The notes under the pieces were generated by a model. That model was not told the origin of the DNA and made no database searches. It saw nothing but the letters and a program-made list of their open reading frames with translations. The position numbers and the translations under genes are program-made. From positions 49,140,732 through 49,177,530 of the forward strand of contig NC_068984.1 of NCBI RefSeq assembly GCF_001194135.2: DNA of 36,799 nucleotides, given 5' to 3'. How positions within the stretch are numbered: the first letter of the stretch is position 1; each line of letters opens with the position of its first letter. This document shows positions 34,767 through 36,799 of this stretch, piece after piece. This stretch comes from Octopus bimaculoides. Lineage: Eukaryota.

Positions 34767-35540
34767 CACTGGTCCACAGGGGATTACAATCCCAGACCCT
34801 AAATCAGTGAGGGACCTGGGTATCGACATGAGTGATGATACCTCTTTCCAAGTGCACATTACCAGGATGGCGACAAAGTGCAGACGACTGGCTGGATGGA
34901 TCCTGAGAACATTCAGAACCAGAGATAAAGAAACCATGATGGTTCTCTGGAGGACATTCGTCCTCGGCCGCCTGGATTACTGTTCACAGCTATGGTCACC
35001 CAACAGTGTAAAATTAACAGCAGACATTGAAGCAATCCAGAGAAGACTCACAAAGAATATCGTCTCTTTGCAACTGCTCAGCTACTGGGAAAGGCTACTC
35101 CCTGGAGAGGAGGCGGGAGAGGTATGCGGTAATATACATCTGGAAGATCTTGGAAGGAATTGTGCCAAATTTTGCCTTTGAAAGCTACACCAATGCCAGA
35201 ACGGGACGATACTGCATAGTGCCAAAGATCCCAGCAACACCATCACGCTTCAGGACTAGTTACAGCCTGGGTTTCAGGGGCCCACAGCTTTTTAATATTC
35301 TCCCAAAGAGCTTGAGGAACCTGCACAAAAGTAGATGTAGGCGTTTTAAAATCAAAGCTAGACCTCTTCCTGTCGAGAGTCCCAGATGAACCTACCTCAC
35401 GGCAAGAGGTACAAATGAGGGTAGCTACATCAAACTCCATTCTTCACCAAGTACCACATATTGGAGGAGGATCTCAGTAATAACAGTGTTGCAAAACGGC
35501 GGTGCATCAGCATGGCCGCAGATCTAAGCTGAAACTGCAG
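34767..35540 (+). mobile_element. 5'-truncated CR1/L2-group LINE: ORF2 C-terminus and 3' UTR
   Basis: SVRDLGIDMSDD..F..HI, ILRTFRTRD, RLDYCSQLWSP, IEAIQRR.TK, YWERL, SLERRRERY, GPQLFNILP and KLDLFLSRVPDEP. Stop at 35478-35480. The 3' end is ggcggtgcatcagcatggccgcagatctaagctgaaactgcag followed by an A-rich run. Confidence 0.88.
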
Positions 35541-36619
35541 AAAAAAATATTCTTTTTGCGCACAATAAAAAAAGAAAATTATCAACTACAAAAGATAAAA
35601 AAAGAATGTTGCACAATGATACTAAATCCGAAAGTAAACTAGATATCGCCGATACAGCTACTAAAAACAACAATCTCAGTACAGATTAACCCATAACATG
35701 AGTATTTCAACATGCTGCAAAATGCTGAAGTGCATACATATTACAATAAATTATTTCCCCAAAATTTGTCATTCAACCTTTTTAAGATTTTCTTTTAAAT
35801 AAAATGTACTTTTAATTCAGGAAAACCTTTCTTCACATACGATTGCATCAAGATTTCTTACTAAATATTCAAATATACATGTGTGTGTATGTGTGTATGT
35901 GTATATATATAAGAGAGTATCATGTGATGGCGTGTACCGGAATTTCACTAATTATCTTAGATATCTGTGTTGCGATAGTCACAAAATAACCTCTTGGGCT
36001 TTCCATTCACCACCTAAAAGAATATGCAACGTATGTCAGCGGAGGTTAATGATGGCTTCACCAATACTCGATTGATATTTAGTTTCAGCTGAACACACAG
36101 GAGGAACATGAAATAAATTACATTGCAAAACAATACAACACACCGATCGATCTAACAAGCAAGCTCTTGACTTTATAATCGTTAAGCCAGCACCATAGTT
36201 ACACGTTTTTGCACGCTCTCACATGCATACATATTCTTGCAATGATATAGAACATCGGCAAATAAACCGAACAAAAAGTTCTTGCGATATTTGTTCTGCA
36301 CCGAGTTATATATTGTTTCTTAATATTCATTAAAAACTGGAAATGAATCATGCACTTTAATTTCTGAGATATAACAAAAAATTAATTAATGCAAATAATT
36401 CTTGTAATTTTAGTTATGGACAATTAGTGCATGTTTCTTATCGTAATGGATTTCTACTCTATAAAGCAATCTTTTGAAAATGTACCTACCTGACAAATGA
36501 TTTGATCTAATACCATTTATTGAAACGAAAGCAATTACAGCATGCAAGACGCAGATGAGTCATTCAAAAACATAAAATCATTTAACATGACTTTATCATC
36601 TATTATTTGGCTTCAGATA

Positions 36620-36785
36620 CTGAAATTTTCTAAGGAGATTAACTCTCTCCACTACTCTTCGTCATTTCTCTAAAACTTCGGACAATTATACTGAGAAAGT
36701 CCAAGTCTGCCTGTTAGTTTACCAAAACTAAGATGAAAATAGATAGCCTGCTTTATGTAGATGACCTCAAACTATATACAAAAAT
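36620..36785 (+). mobile_element. Old RT-core relic of an R4/Dong-like LINE
   Basis: IF*GD*LSPLLFVISL (36625-, motif QGDSLSPLLF) and MKIDSLLYVDDLKLYTK (36733-36783, YxDD catalytic motif). Confidence 0.7.
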
Positions 36786-36799
36786 ATATATACAATATA

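Overview
This is AT-rich, repeat-dense eukaryotic DNA, not prokaryotic. The SINE types, microsatellite load and microsatellite-flanked N gaps suggest an octopus or other coleoid cephalopod draft assembly; this is inferred from recognising repeat families and was not checked against a database. I find no intact protein-coding gene. Nearly all long ORFs in the track come from microsatellites, N gaps or decayed transposons. Contents: (1) three tRNA-headed or tRNA-like SINE families, here called A, B and C, in many copies; (2) decayed Tc1 (16.7-17.8 kb) and mariner (19.55-21.04 kb) elements; (3) LINE relics: L1/Tx1-like ORF1, R4/Dong-like RLE pieces and a CR1-group 3' end; (4) a Penelope RT/GIY-YIG relic; (5) many microsatellites and five gaps. 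The most notable feature is a ~445-bp insertion at 26145-26590 flanked by a 13-bp direct repeat (putative TSD). It has a Pol III tRNA-like head, an (AAT)n linker and a Penelope-type tail carrying a minimal type I hammerhead ribozyme. A 154/155-identical inverted copy of the tail lies immediately upstream. It looks like a SINE-like, ribozyme-bearing element mobilised by Penelope machinery. A second, variant hammerhead motif lies at 17914-17950.
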